A DNA stretch of 64,000 nt. Source: a virus. The notes beneath the pieces were generated by a model. That model saw only the letters and a program-made list of their open reading frames with translations, ran no database searches and was not told where the DNA came from. A program made the position numbers and the translations under genes. This document shows, piece after piece, positions 27,562 to 38,076 of the stretch (positions are counted from its first letter, which is position 1; every line of letters starts with the position of its first letter). Location: the IMG/VR virus record IMGVR_UViG_3300009553_000019, positions 88,627 through 152,626 of that record. One strand, 5' to 3'.

Positions 27562-30170
27562 TGTCAACCAAAGCTAATGAAGCTGCTAGACAAGCTATTA
27601 GCAGATCAGCTAACAGTGCATGGGATTTCTCTAAAAATCAACTAGAGTCTTCTCAACCAAAGACGTTGAGAGCTGTAGTTGCAACTGCTATTGACAAGAC
27701 TAGGAAGTTGTTAGCAACGTTTGAGATTCCAATTCCTCCAGATATACGCTATGCAAATATCAAGAGTACCAAAGTTGCTAACAAAGGCGGGCAACAGGTA
27801 GTAGAAGATGGTTGCGTAATGCTTGTAGCTAACTTCACAACTCTCAGTGGCGTTAGAAACAGTATAGATATCCCCGTTGAGATTCGTAATGGCCAGGTTG
27901 TAGATCCTGGTGTGATGATTCATGATGGCAGTCTAAAAGTGATTAGCCCCTCATCAATTTTGGACATAGTGAAGGCTGGAACCTTCAAGCAGTTTACAAG
28001 TCCTCGACATACTTTTTCAGCCCCAATGACTCATGATGAGCTACAGCGTTACCATCAGGTAGAGAAAAAGATGAACATTCAGCCTAGAATCAACCCAGGT
28101 TTATTTTCTGCCTCTAAAAACGCTAGCTTACTAAGAGCTGCAGTAAAGGGTGAGGGAGCTCTTGAGCTTGCAAAACAAGCTGATGAACAGCCCAGCGATT
28201 TTAGAGATATTGAAGACGGTGTTAGAGCTCTGCCAGATACTGAGACTCCACCTAAATGTCCAGATTGTGATTCGTTAACAGTTTTTGCTGACTATGACGA
28301 TGATCAGTTCGAATGTGCTACCTGTGGTAAGGTTGGTAACATGGAGTCATTCTGTAAGCAAGCTAACCAGCCAGCTTCAGCATCACTCAAGCTAAAGAGT
28401 AGCCCACCAACTACTAAAGGTGATCGAATCTGGCTTGAAATTTCTTGGGATCCAGAACAGACTGAAGATATGTCTGTTGGCAATATCAAACAGCAGATTC
28501 GAAGCTATGTTTTGAGGCTTGCTAACAACAAAGAACATCGGGATCTAGGAACGATTTCTGGTAACAGCATCTTTGAAGAGCTTGATGTTACAAAGGGCAA
28601 GGCTACTGTCAGCTTCAAATCATCTGAAGTTGCTTCGCCACAAGATTCGAGTGCTAGGGTTGAAGGTTCAAAGCAAGCTAAGGCTCAGCCAATCACTCCA
28701 CAAGAGATAAAGCCTGGGATGGACATCCTCATTGATGAGATGGGGCTGGGTGGGTATTGGACTCCACTTCATGTTACATCGATTGAACCCTACGGTGGTA
28801 GCTGGATTCTCAACCATGGCGAAACAATCATTGACGAACAAAGCTTGATTGTTAAGGACGCTAACAAAAAGGTTGCTGAAAGTTCAACTTGCGATTGTGG
28901 CGATGCTAAGTCTGAACATGAAAATGGCACTGACCATTGCAATGTTCCTGGTTGTGCTTGTCCAACGTTCAAAGCTGATGACGGTCCACATCATGAAGGT
29001 GCTAAGCAAGCTGCAATTGCCCCTAGCAATGATGATATGATCGACCCAGCCGAGAGAGATATTTCAGACGATTTCAAAGTTGGTGATGAAGTAAAGCTGG
29101 AAAAAGGGCAGTTGTTGAGAACTAGAGGTGGTGGTCAATCACAGCTAGAAAAGGGTGAAAAAGGTAAGGTTGTTGGAGATGTCTACGGAGATGGTGTCTC
29201 TCTAGAAGTTGAGTTTGAAGCTGGTACCTTCATTATTCCTAAGCAACACCTGAAGACTGCTGGTGGACCTGGTAGTGGCCGTAAGAAGAAAAATTCACCT
29301 GTTCAAGGCCCTGTTCAGAAAGATAAAGTACCTCAGAGTGATCCACCCCAGTCATCACCTGGTGTTTCGGATAAAGCATCTTTGAGTCCAGATTCTGCAT
29401 ATATGTTACAATGTATTAAGAACGTTAATTTTAGGGTTCCAGCTGATTCTAACTCACCAAGAATAAAAGAACTTGCAGCTAAAGGTCTCATTGAAGTAGA
29501 CGATGATGGTTATTATAAAGCAGTGAGTGGTAACCAACCTTGGTGGGGAGTTGAACCAAGTGGTCCTGAAAAGTCTGATGAACCTTCTAATACTGTCCAC
29601 CCACCTGATCCTGATTTTGTTCCAACACCTGCCAACCAAGGTGTGGACATGGGCGAGGCCTCTAGAGCTCATAGTGACGATGAGGGAGATGCATCCTATA
29701 ATTTCTTTTCTAAGCATTTTCCTGTCGGGACACAAATTAGCCATCCAGATTATGGCACAGGTGTTGTTACAGATACAAAGCATAGGGGTCCAATCATTGA
29801 TTGGAATGGTAGTGGTGAGCCAGAAACGCATGATTTAAATAGTCATGAAACACCTGAAGATATGGTAAACGAAATGGGCGAATTTACTCTGCATCGTCCC
29901 CCACAAAACGGTGGTAATCCTAAACAAAGTAAAAAAACTGCCAGTAATGAGGCTGACGAAGCTGACGAGTACAATCTGCCTGTAATGCCAGCTCCAGAAG
30001 AGCCAGAATTAAAACAGGCTGCCAGTATCCCTCAAATCATCAACGAACTGAAGAACTTGAGAGAAGCTGGCTATCCCGTAATTGATGTTGTTATACGCGC
30101 TAAACACCAGTATGGCAAACTAGGTGAGCAGGCTTTGAAGATCGCGAAAGCTCAGGGAGTTTTACAATAA
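27561..30170 (+). CDS. multidomain [KR]xA-rich protein, probable head/internal polyprotein
   Basis: Small modules (zinc ribbon, CxC..H..C..CxC, SH3-like) separated by KQA/KTA/KVA; KTAGGPGSGRKK. Confidence 0.55.
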   Translation: MSTKANEAARQAISRSANSAWDFSKNQLESSQPKTLRAVVATAIDKTRKLLATFEIPIPPDIRYANIKSTKVANKGGQQVVEDGCVMLVANFTTLSGVRNSIDIPVEIRNGQVVDPGVMIHDGSLKVISPSSILDIVKAGTFKQFTSPRHTFSAPMTHDELQRYHQVEKKMNIQPRINPGLFSASKNASLLRAAVKGEGALELAKQADEQPSDFRDIEDGVRALPDTETPPKCPDCDSLTVFADYDDDQFECATCGKVGNMESFCKQANQPASASLKLKSSPPTTKGDRIWLEISWDPEQTEDMSVGNIKQQIRSYVLRLANNKEHRDLGTISGNSIFEELDVTKGKATVSFKSSEVASPQDSSARVEGSKQAKAQPITPQEIKPGMDILIDEMGLGGYWTPLHVTSIEPYGGSWILNHGETIIDEQSLIVKDANKKVAESSTCDCGDAKSEHENGTDHCNVPGCACPTFKADDGPHHEGAKQAAIAPSNDDMIDPAERDISDDFKVGDEVKLEKGQLLRTRGGGQSQLEKGEKGKVVGDVYGDGVSLEVEFEAGTFIIPKQHLKTAGGPGSGRKKKNSPVQGPVQKDKVPQSDPPQSSPGVSDKASLSPDSAYMLQCIKNVNFRVPADSNSPRIKELAAKGLIEVDDDGYYKAVSGNQPWWGVEPSGPEKSDEPSNTVHPPDPDFVPTPANQGVDMGEASRAHSDDEGDASYNFFSKHFPVGTQISHPDYGTGVVTDTKHRGPIIDWNGSGEPETHDLNSHETPEDMVNEMGEFTLHRPPQNGGNPKQSKKTASNEADEADEYNLPVMPAPEEPELKQAASIPQIINELKNLREAGYPVIDVVIRAKHQYGKLGEQALKIAKAQGVLQ

Positions 30171-30176
30171 AGGTTC

Positions 30177-30596
30177 TTCTTTCTGCGTGGCAACGTAGCC
30201 ACAGAAAGAGCATCAAATGGAGATTAACGAAAGAGTTCTCAAGGTTGGAGATCTGGTCATCTTTATCGATGAACACAGGCAATTTCATAACGCTTTAGTT
30301 ACGATTTGGCATGGTTCAAAAGATGGGGACACTATCGGAGGTTATCGTGAGAAATGGACTGCCGCTGACGCAATTCCATGTATCAATTTAGTCTTTACAA
30401 CTGGATCAGAAGACAAGACTGATCCTTATGGAAGACAAATCGAACGAAAAACCTCTGTAGGTCATGGTTCAAAACAAACTCCAGCAAACCTTGGAAACTG
30501 CTTCATCTGGCCTGATGAAGTTTAGTTAAAATCAACTTGGTCTTGATACCGATGAGGCGTCAATAAGGCTGAGGTTTCGATGCCACGCAGAAAGAA
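30177..30596. repeat. perfect 16-bp inverted repeat (TTCTTTCTGCGTGGCA 30177-30192 / TGCCACGCAGAAAGAA 30581-30596) flanking a 102-aa gene
   Basis: Read directly from the sequence. Confidence 0.9.
30217..30525 (+). CDS. hypothetical SH3-like phage protein
   Basis: VGDLVIF..ALVT..INLVF..W pattern. Confidence 0.6.
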   Translation: MEINERVLKVGDLVIFIDEHRQFHNALVTIWHGSKDGDTIGGYREKWTAADAIPCINLVFTTGSEDKTDPYGRQIERKTSVGHGSKQTPANLGNCFIWPDEV

Positions 30597-30602
30597 AAAA
30601 CA

Positions 30603-30842
30603 ATGAAAACTGTTAGAGCAAAGTTTATCTGTACTAAGTCTGAAGATCCTGGTCCTGCAGGACATAAGACAGTTATCCTTCATCCTGTATACAGTACAGA
30701 TCCAGAGTCAGAGAACAAGAGATTTTGGGATGCAACGCCAAATGGTGAATTGCGCATGTACCTGACAAACCCAAGTCTCAAAGATCATTTTCAGATTGGC
30801 AAACAGTACTACCTAGACATTATCGAGGCTGATAATGAATAA
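30603..30842 (+). CDS. conserved small phage protein
   Basis: VRAKF.C..ENKRFWDATPNGEL.M..NP..F..GK.YYLD motif. Confidence 0.65.
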   Translation: MKTVRAKFICTKSEDPGPAGHKTVILHPVYSTDPESENKRFWDATPNGELRMYLTNPSLKDHFQIGKQYYLDIIEADNE

Positions 30843-31686
30843 GAAAGGTCCTGGAAAAGGTTCTGGCCAAGGGCAGCCACCAGCTAACCCATTGGGAGTC
30901 GGACTCAACGATCTCAAGATGATCAAGTCTGACTATCGTTGTAAGGTATGTCAGCTGGCGCATTGGGATTGGCCAATGTTTGTCAAAATCCACGAGATGC
31001 GGATTCTTGAGAAGAAGAGCTTTGAGGCTTTACGTTTGTACGTTTGGGAACGCATTGATAAGTACAATAGCGATCCATCAAATGCTATTAAACGCGACAA
31101 GATGTCCGATACCTCGTTCACTGGACATTTCAAGAATCACGTTCCAGCCTCAGTTGAGGCTGCTAGCGCTATTCAAAAAGTGTTAGGAACTGGTAACCAA
31201 AACGGTGCTGATTCTGGTAACATGTTGGTTACCACTCTTCAGTATGCATTAAATGCTAACGTTGATGACTTTCAAGCATTCCATGGAATTGCTGAACGTC
31301 TGCTAGCTAGATTTAATCAGCTAGACAAGCAATTTGGTGTTGATAAGCCTCTTGAAGGAAAAGAGGTTCAAGAGTTTAAAGGCATTGCAGAATCAGCTGC
31401 CAAGCTTTATGAGGCATCAATTAAGATGCGAAATCAAGAGCGTTTGATGGCAACTGCAATCAGCTCTTGTCTTGATGTCTATACAATGGGAGCATTGCAA
31501 GACATACTCAAGGGATTCGACGAGATTATGCTAGACATCAAGAGCGCTATTGCTAAGGGTGGAGCTGGCAATCCTGGTATGCCTGCAATTATTGAGCATC
31601 GATTCAAAACCATACTAGCTAATGCTATGACGGGTAATGCAAAAGTTGCACTTGATTCTGTGAAGCTTCAGTTTAAGATGGCGTAA
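30835..31686 (+). CDS. Zn/HTH plus helical protein, possibly terminase small subunit-like
   Basis: RCKVCQ...HFKNH N-terminal module followed by a long helical region. Confidence 0.35.
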   Translation: MNKKGPGKGSGQGQPPANPLGVGLNDLKMIKSDYRCKVCQLAHWDWPMFVKIHEMRILEKKSFEALRLYVWERIDKYNSDPSNAIKRDKMSDTSFTGHFKNHVPASVEAASAIQKVLGTGNQNGADSGNMLVTTLQYALNANVDDFQAFHGIAERLLARFNQLDKQFGVDKPLEGKEVQEFKGIAESAAKLYEASIKMRNQERLMATAISSCLDVYTMGALQDILKGFDEIMLDIKSAIAKGGAGNPGMPAIIEHRFKTILANAMTGNAKVALDSVKLQFKMA

Positions 31687-32295
31687 ATGACACGTGAACA
31701 GAAGCTACTCTTGTTTAAAGAGTATGCTCCAATGGCTAAGAGATTAGCCAAATCTTGGATGAAGCGACTTCCAAGTTCAATACAGATAGAAGATCTTGAA
31801 TCAGCTGCTATGATGGGGCTTTGGGACGCTATCAATCGAAAAGGTGGCGTTGATTACCTAGAAAACCTAATAGCTGTCAGAATTAGGGGTTCAATTATCG
31901 ATGAACTTAGACGGCAAGATTGGCTAAAAAGAAGACAGCGAACTTCTTACTTGAAGGGGAAGGGGATAAGATCTCTAACCCAGGTTGGTATATACGACCC
32001 AGCAGCGTTTGAAGACTTTGAAATAAATTCGAATCTTCAACTGTATCGTTTAGAATTTGAGCCTGACGCTGATGACTTTAGTGAAGAGGTTAGGTTTCTA
32101 TTTAGAGAAGCTGTCAAAGAGTTGCCAAAAAGAGAACAGCTTATCATTGGTGGTATTTTACAAGGTGATACACTAAAAACAATCTCAAAGAGATTGAAAT
32201 TATCAGAACCAAGAATCTGCCAGCTAAAAACAAAGATACTAAAAAAGCTTCGAGATAGTCGACATCTCAAGACATTGGTTAGAGACGATTTATAG
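31687..32295 (+). CDS. RNA polymerase sigma factor, FliA/WhiG-like
   Basis: EDLESAAMMGLWDAI, RIRGSIIDELRRQDW, LPKREQ..TLKTISKRLKLSEPRICQL. Confidence 0.88.
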   Translation: MTREQKLLLFKEYAPMAKRLAKSWMKRLPSSIQIEDLESAAMMGLWDAINRKGGVDYLENLIAVRIRGSIIDELRRQDWLKRRQRTSYLKGKGIRSLTQVGIYDPAAFEDFEINSNLQLYRLEFEPDADDFSEEVRFLFREAVKELPKREQLIIGGILQGDTLKTISKRLKLSEPRICQLKTKILKKLRDSRHLKTLVRDDL

Positions 32296-32345
32296 CGTCT
32301 AAGGTTGCTTTTTTTAGAAACCTTAGACGCTATTGTTTTGTTTGA
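32292..32345 (+). terminator. intrinsic terminator-like hairpin
   Basis: 15-bp perfect stem ATAGCGTCTAAGGTT / AACCTTAGACGCTAT followed by a T-rich tract, right after the sigma gene. Confidence 0.75.
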
Positions 32346-32556
32346 TTGGTAGAATCTGATAAGTGGTTAACATTAAGCGACTAGTCACTATCATCGTTAA
32401 TGACCCAATCAACCCAGTGCTAATTGGACTGGTATTGGGAGCATTGTTTATGGTTTGTCTAGAGACGTTTCGTTGACCTTCTAAAGCTAAGTATCAAGCA
32501 GACTTTCAACTCTTTTTAAAGTCGGTTTTACCATGACTACGAAGTTGGGTATCTAA

Positions 32557-32850
32557 ATGTCTGAAGCAAGAAAATCAACTGCAAGACTTTTTGGCTATGA
32601 TGGAGAATCTGGTGATCCAGTCATCATGAGAAATCAAGATGGGGTTGAGTCGTTACAGATTGTTCAGGCAGTAGTTGACGGAGAGCCACTAACAAAAGAG
32701 TTTGTTAGCATCAAAGAAAGGGAAGGTGACCCTGATCTTTATGATGTAGAGACTATTTACGACCCAGCAAGAGATGGACCAGCTATGGTTAATAGCCCTA
32801 GTTTTAAGTCTGGCTGGGATCGTACCTTTGGAAGGAATCAGTCTAACTGA
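32557..32850 (+). CDS. conserved hypothetical protein
   Basis: C-terminal GPAMVNSPSFKSGWDRTFG motif, of a type I associate with myxobacterial hypotheticals. Confidence 0.55.
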   Translation: MSEARKSTARLFGYDGESGDPVIMRNQDGVESLQIVQAVVDGEPLTKEFVSIKEREGDPDLYDVETIYDPARDGPAMVNSPSFKSGWDRTFGRNQSN

Positions 32851-34043
32851 TGGCTCACAATCAAGTTAGACATGTAGCCGTTTATCCCTGCGTTGTTTGT
32901 TCAACGATGCTTGAAGCTAGGGATGGAAACCAATGCTATGAATGTGGTGAGTGGTTGTGTCAAGAATGCAGAGATTCTAAAAAGCATGTTTGTGAGCCAA
33001 AAGGTTTAACACCGAAATACTGGGATGGTCTTATGAAGCTTCTCAGAGAATCTCCAACTATAGTTGATACTACATCTGATTTTGAAATAAAGGAACTGCC
33101 ATGAAATATGAGAAAGATTCGTTTTTAATCGTTAAGAAGCAAGTTGTCAGTGCTGGAATTTACACTGAAAGAAAGCTTTTGTATGCTAAGATTGGGGAGG
33201 ATTTCGTTAGAGTAAATTTTGCTGAAATTTTGTCTACAAAAGTTGCAGCTGAACAGCGGCTTAAAGCCTCAACTGCAGGAAAATCTCTGGAAGAACGTTG
33301 GAAGGTTAGCTACCACTCCAATAGTATGGAGCCCATACTTGTCAAGTATAGACCATCCACTCGGAGATTTGTAGACAGTAGGGGGTTTAAGGTAGCTTCT
33401 CAGTTGTTTCAAACAGAAGTTGAAGCTGCTCAAGCGCTACTGAACTATCAAGTTAGTAAATTCGATGAAGCACGATACGAGATTAAGAAGTACTCAAAAG
33501 GTGTTACTGTTGCAAAAAGGAAATTAGATGTCGCAAAAAAGAAAGCTGCGAAAGTCAGTAATAAAGTCGTCAAATCAGAGTCAGCTTAAGTCAGGAAAGC
33601 TGCCAATAACCATCACAACAGCTAAAGGGATCTACAAAGCTTGCGTATGCTTGATCAAGAACAGAGATGAAAATGGTAGGCCTAAAGATCTACACTTCAT
33701 CGCTGACGATAAGACGATTACCCTAGAAGGTGGGGAAGAGTTTGTGATTGGTTATTTCCCTGAAGATGTCATCTCAAAGAAAGATTGAATGATGGCAGGA
33801 CTTAAGTCGATCTCTCTAAACGTTGAGGCTGCTGAGGAGCTAGCACTCATCAGTTCAGTAGATGATTCGGTTTGGTTGGTTATCTCCTTCAAGTGGTATG
33901 ACTTGGCTACCTTAGTTTGGTGGATTCTGACACCCTCTACTAAGCGTGCAACGATTGTATTGACTCTTCATGGTGGAGAGAAAATTCGTGCCAAATGTGT
34001 TCGAATTGCTAATAGACATGCTCGTATTCGTGGGTTTGTGTAA
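32850..34043 (+). CDS. four coupled small hypothetical genes (32850-33104 Zn finger, 33101-33589, ~33528-33788, 33789-34043)
   Basis: Contiguous ORFs with overlapping or abutting stop/start. Confidence 0.5.
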
Positions 34044-34058
34044 AAAGAAAGATTGATA

Positions 34059-35051
34059 ATGCCTCAACGACCAAATGTAGAAGCTGCTGACGAAATCCTT
34101 AACCTGTACTTCCCTGTTCTTGACCATGGTTTCGTAGCCTTGGTTGACTACATGGGTGGCGATGCTTCTGTAATCAGAGCAGCTAGAACCAGCTATGGAG
34201 CAGGGACAAAACGATCTACAGAAGATCGAGCTCTTGCTAGATATTTGCAACGACATCGCCATACGACTCCATCAGAAATGACTGAGATTGTTGTTCACAT
34301 GGGGCTGCCAATTTTCGTTGCTAGGCAGCTGGTTAGGCATCGAACAGCATCGCTTAACGAATACTCAGGTCGCTACAGCAAAATGCCTATGCTGTTCTAT
34401 CGTCCTGATCAAGAGCATCTTCAGCTTCAGTCAAAGACTAACAAGCAAGGAAGGGCTGGTGTAGTTGATGATGGGACATTTCATCGATGTGAATCTCAGT
34501 GGAAATCGAACGAAGAAAATGCTAAGAGCTACTATTCAAACCAACTAAGTTATGATGTTTCTCGTGAGTTGGCGAGAATTGATCTTCCACTTTCAACCTA
34601 CACTTACTGGTATTGGAAGATGGATTTGCACAACCTGCTTCACTTTCTAGGCTTACGGTTAGATAGTCATGCCCAGTATGAGATTAGAGCTTTTTCGAAT
34701 GTTCTAGCAGGAATCGTTCAAAGGATTGCTCCTGATACCTTCGAAGCCTGGCTGGAGTATGAGTTTTGTGGCGAGCGTATGAGCTACACTGAAATGGAGA
34801 TGCTTCGACAGATGCTTGTTGTATCAGTCCCTGATCAATTTCCTAACGCCCAACAACTAGTACAAATGTCAACAAACAAAGATCTAGTTTCGGTTATGCC
34901 TGGATTATCTAATCGAGAAGTAGGGGAGTTTTTGAAGAAGTTCCAGCCCCGGACAAAGCCTGATTTTAGCCTAGACTTGAGTACTGGTAAAGATGCCTCA
35001 TTCTTTGAAGAGAAGATCCTTGCTGCAGTTCCAGCAGAAGATCTGACTTAG
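34059..35051 (+). CDS. thyX: flavin-dependent thymidylate synthase
   Basis: VLDHGFVALVD, RAARTSY, RHRTASLNEYSGRY, ELARIDLP, HAQYEIR. Confidence 0.97.
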   Translation: MPQRPNVEAADEILNLYFPVLDHGFVALVDYMGGDASVIRAARTSYGAGTKRSTEDRALARYLQRHRHTTPSEMTEIVVHMGLPIFVARQLVRHRTASLNEYSGRYSKMPMLFYRPDQEHLQLQSKTNKQGRAGVVDDGTFHRCESQWKSNEENAKSYYSNQLSYDVSRELARIDLPLSTYTYWYWKMDLHNLLHFLGLRLDSHAQYEIRAFSNVLAGIVQRIAPDTFEAWLEYEFCGERMSYTEMEMLRQMLVVSVPDQFPNAQQLVQMSTNKDLVSVMPGLSNREVGEFLKKFQPRTKPDFSLDLSTGKDASFFEEKILAAVPAEDLT

Positions 35052-35083
35052 CATTCAATCGTCTGGTATTCTTAAACCTAACA

Positions 35084-35728
35084 ATGCTTGATTATCGTCA
35101 ACGTGCTAAGACCCCACTCAATAAAATAGCTAAGACGATTGAACGTCTTTCAAAAGACGAAGAGCAAGTGTTGTTAGCAAAATGGCAGATAAAGAAGGAT
35201 ATCAAGGCTAGGAACGATTTGATCACAGCTCACTTACCACAGATTTTGCAGATCTGTGGTAAGTACGTTTCTAAGAGTCGTCTATCAATGGACGCTCTTG
35301 TTGGAGCTGCCACTGAGGGTTATATCGTTGCTTGTGATAAGTTTGATCGAAGCAGAGATGTTAGGTTTGTAACCTACGCTTCTCTCTGGGCAAAAGCCAA
35401 GATTATCGTAGTTATTCGAGACTTCAAGTTTCAAGGCTTGAATGGTAAACATGTTAATAACCATTTCTTCTTAGATTTTGATCATGAAGACTTCCAGTTT
35501 GAAGCCAAGTCTCAACCCTCTTATGAGGATCTGGAATCTTTGGCTTCGATTAAAGATGCTATTCCAAAATTGCCTGCAAGAGAGCGTTTTGTAATTGAGA
35601 AGCTTTATTACGATGATAGTATCAAAACCAACGAGGACCTAGCTGCCGTGATGGGGATTAGTAGAGAACGCGTTAGGCAGTTGAAGGAACGAGCTCTAAA
35701 CTCTCTGTCAGTTCTTTTAGATACATGA
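35084..35728 (+). CDS. sigma-70 family sigma factor (RpoH/RpoD-like regions 2 and 4)
   Basis: ARNDLITAHL, KFDRSRDVRFVTYASLW, LPARERFVI..MGISRERVRQLKERAL. Confidence 0.88.
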   Translation: MLDYRQRAKTPLNKIAKTIERLSKDEEQVLLAKWQIKKDIKARNDLITAHLPQILQICGKYVSKSRLSMDALVGAATEGYIVACDKFDRSRDVRFVTYASLWAKAKIIVVIRDFKFQGLNGKHVNNHFFLDFDHEDFQFEAKSQPSYEDLESLASIKDAIPKLPARERFVIEKLYYDDSIKTNEDLAAVMGISRERVRQLKERALNSLSVLLDT

Positions 35729-36909
35729 CCAACGATCATGTTCCAGTCTTGCTAGAAGTTGGCGACGTAGTAAAGTACAAGTATCGACATGTGGTAGCCA
35801 TGTCTCCACATGGAGGAGCATTAAGGAAAGTGCTTCATACTCAGCATGGTGAGATTATTCAAACATTTGGAAATGTCACCGTTAAGGTTCAATGGACGAC
35901 TGGAGAACCTCGCTACGAGAAGGTTGCTAACTTACGTTTGTTTAAACGAAATCATGTTGTGCTAGCAATGAAGGATTGGTAAATGACGAAACCTGCGGAA
36001 ATATGGGTTAATTTCGACAGTAATGGAGCGCCACTCTATGCATATGCTTCAGAGAAAGAGGGGGTCGATGGAGCAGGGCCAAGCTTTCCTGTTACACGAT
36101 ATATACTTCCTGTCATACCAGCTGGAGCTGTAGAGGACGCTCTGAAGTTCTTCAATCGACTCGTGAAGGATCAAAAGAGAATAGGGCTAGGGGTCGTCTA
36201 TGCCATCGAAGCTAGAGACTACACCGTAGCTTCAGCTGCGACCAGAGCTGGTAGGTTAGCACTTTGGGCAGAATTTGAAGCTGAACTGGATGGGTTCCAT
36301 GCTCAAAGCATCGAGGCTAAGTATGCGATCCTGTGTGACGTGATCAAGAAATTCCGCGCCAAGTTTAGCACTACAGTGGGGAAGTTTGAACAGTGCGATG
36401 GAAGGGTGAGGTAGGGTGATGGCCTGGGTATTTTACACCGGATTTGTGGGTGGATTCTTGATTGGGTTCTTGGTAGCATGGGTTGGAAAAATGAAATCAA
36501 CTCAGTATACAGTAATCGCTGCTGATAGTGTTGTTAGAGGACAGTTAGATCAAGAGATTAGAAGAGCGAATATCGCTGAGGAACGGGTTCGGTTAGCTCG
36601 CAAAGCGCTAGACGACTTTCCAAAAGCGTAAATTACGAAGAAAGTTTGGAAATGAACAACGACGAACTACAGGACTTGAAAGACACTTTAGAGTTGGTGG
36701 AAGCTGAGCTTTACCTCATCAATGCAAGACTTCGATTGGTAGGTAGTGGTTTGGTAATCGGAGATGCTGTAGTTGATGTCATATCAGTTGAAAAACGGTT
36801 TTTAACCCTCAGAGAGAAATACCTGTATAAGCAGAAAGAGAAGATAGAGAAACAACTCAAAGCAGAGACAGAACGAAGAGATTGGGAACTTAGGACTCAA
36901 CAAAGGTAA
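35725..36909 (+). CDS. four small hypothetical genes (35725-35982, 35983-36414, 36416-36631, 36646-36909)
   Basis: Contiguous ORFs; 36416-36631 has a TM helix plus coiled coil. Confidence 0.5.
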
Positions 36910-36915
36910 AAGACA

Positions 36916-38076
36916 ATGCAAGACTTAGAACAAAAAATCAAATCGTTAGCAGCTAGAGGTAATGGTCGAAAGTCAATCGCCAACTTCCTAGGAATTACGG
37001 AGTACCAAGTCAGGAAGGTTTTGAAGGCAAAGACCTCACAAAGACAACCTAAGAAAAAGAGAGCTTTCAAGAGGAAACCACTAGAGCAGATGACCCATGC
37101 TTTCTTAGTGGTTGATGGTTCTGGATCAATGTCAGGGTTGAGAAATGCAGCTTTGAAAGCTCTCAATACTACCATCTATTCGATAAAAGAAAACGCCAAG
37201 AAGACAAAGCAGAAGACAACTATCAGTCTTCTATGGTTTGGTGTAGGGGCAGGAGGGATCAGACCAGAATTCTTTAGAGTTCCTAGTGACGAGGTCGGTG
37301 TAGTTCTTTACTACCCGACTGAAGGAATGACTCCGCTTTATGATGGGATTGGAGAAGCAATCACCCAGCTGAAAACGATTGGGGATTCTCCAAACGTCTC
37401 GTATCTAGTTATCACCATTACTGATGGTCACGAGAATAACTCTTATCGTTATGTAAGAAGTATTCATGAGATGATGCATAACTGCCAAGTTACTGATCGT
37501 TGGACATTTGCGTTTCAAGTCCCGGTTGGGCAGAAAGAAGCAGTTGCTAGGGAATTGAAGATCCCTTCGGGAAACATAACTGAATGGGAACAGACAACTG
37601 AAGGCGTTGCTAACGTTACTGTTCAAACTGTAGTAGGTGTGTCATCTTACTTTAAGGGTAGATCGGCTGGTGAGTCCTCAACAAAGAAGTTTTTCGTTGA
37701 AGCTGGAGATCTTAGTAAAACAGAAGTAAAGCAGGCCCTGACTGATATACGGTCAAAGGTAAAGGTCTTGCAAGTCAAGCGGGAAGTAGAGATTAGAAGC
37801 TTTGTCGAGCATTGCCTAGGCAATTATGAAAAAGGCTCTGCTTACTATCAACTGACTAAGCCAGAGAAGGTTCAGAGCTACAAGAACATCCTGCTAATGC
37901 GAAAGAGAGATAAGGCAATCTATGGTGGAGTTCAAGCAAAATCTCTGCTCAACTTTCCGCCTGGAGATGTCAAAGTCGTTCCTGGCAATCATGGAGATTG
38001 GGATATCTTCGTACAGAGTACTAGTGTAAATCGTAAACTGGTTCGAGGTACTCAGTTGCTGGTGGTAAACCTATAA
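36916..38076 (+). CDS. von Willebrand factor A domain protein with N-terminal HTH
   Basis: MIDAS DGSGS, TPLYD, ITDGHEN; RKSIANFLGITEYQVRKVL HTH. Confidence 0.88.
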   Translation: MQDLEQKIKSLAARGNGRKSIANFLGITEYQVRKVLKAKTSQRQPKKKRAFKRKPLEQMTHAFLVVDGSGSMSGLRNAALKALNTTIYSIKENAKKTKQKTTISLLWFGVGAGGIRPEFFRVPSDEVGVVLYYPTEGMTPLYDGIGEAITQLKTIGDSPNVSYLVITITDGHENNSYRYVRSIHEMMHNCQVTDRWTFAFQVPVGQKEAVARELKIPSGNITEWEQTTEGVANVTVQTVVGVSSYFKGRSAGESSTKKFFVEAGDLSKTEVKQALTDIRSKVKVLQVKREVEIRSFVEHCLGNYEKGSAYYQLTKPEKVQSYKNILLMRKRDKAIYGGVQAKSLLNFPPGDVKVVPGNHGDWDIFVQSTSVNRKLVRGTQLLVVNL

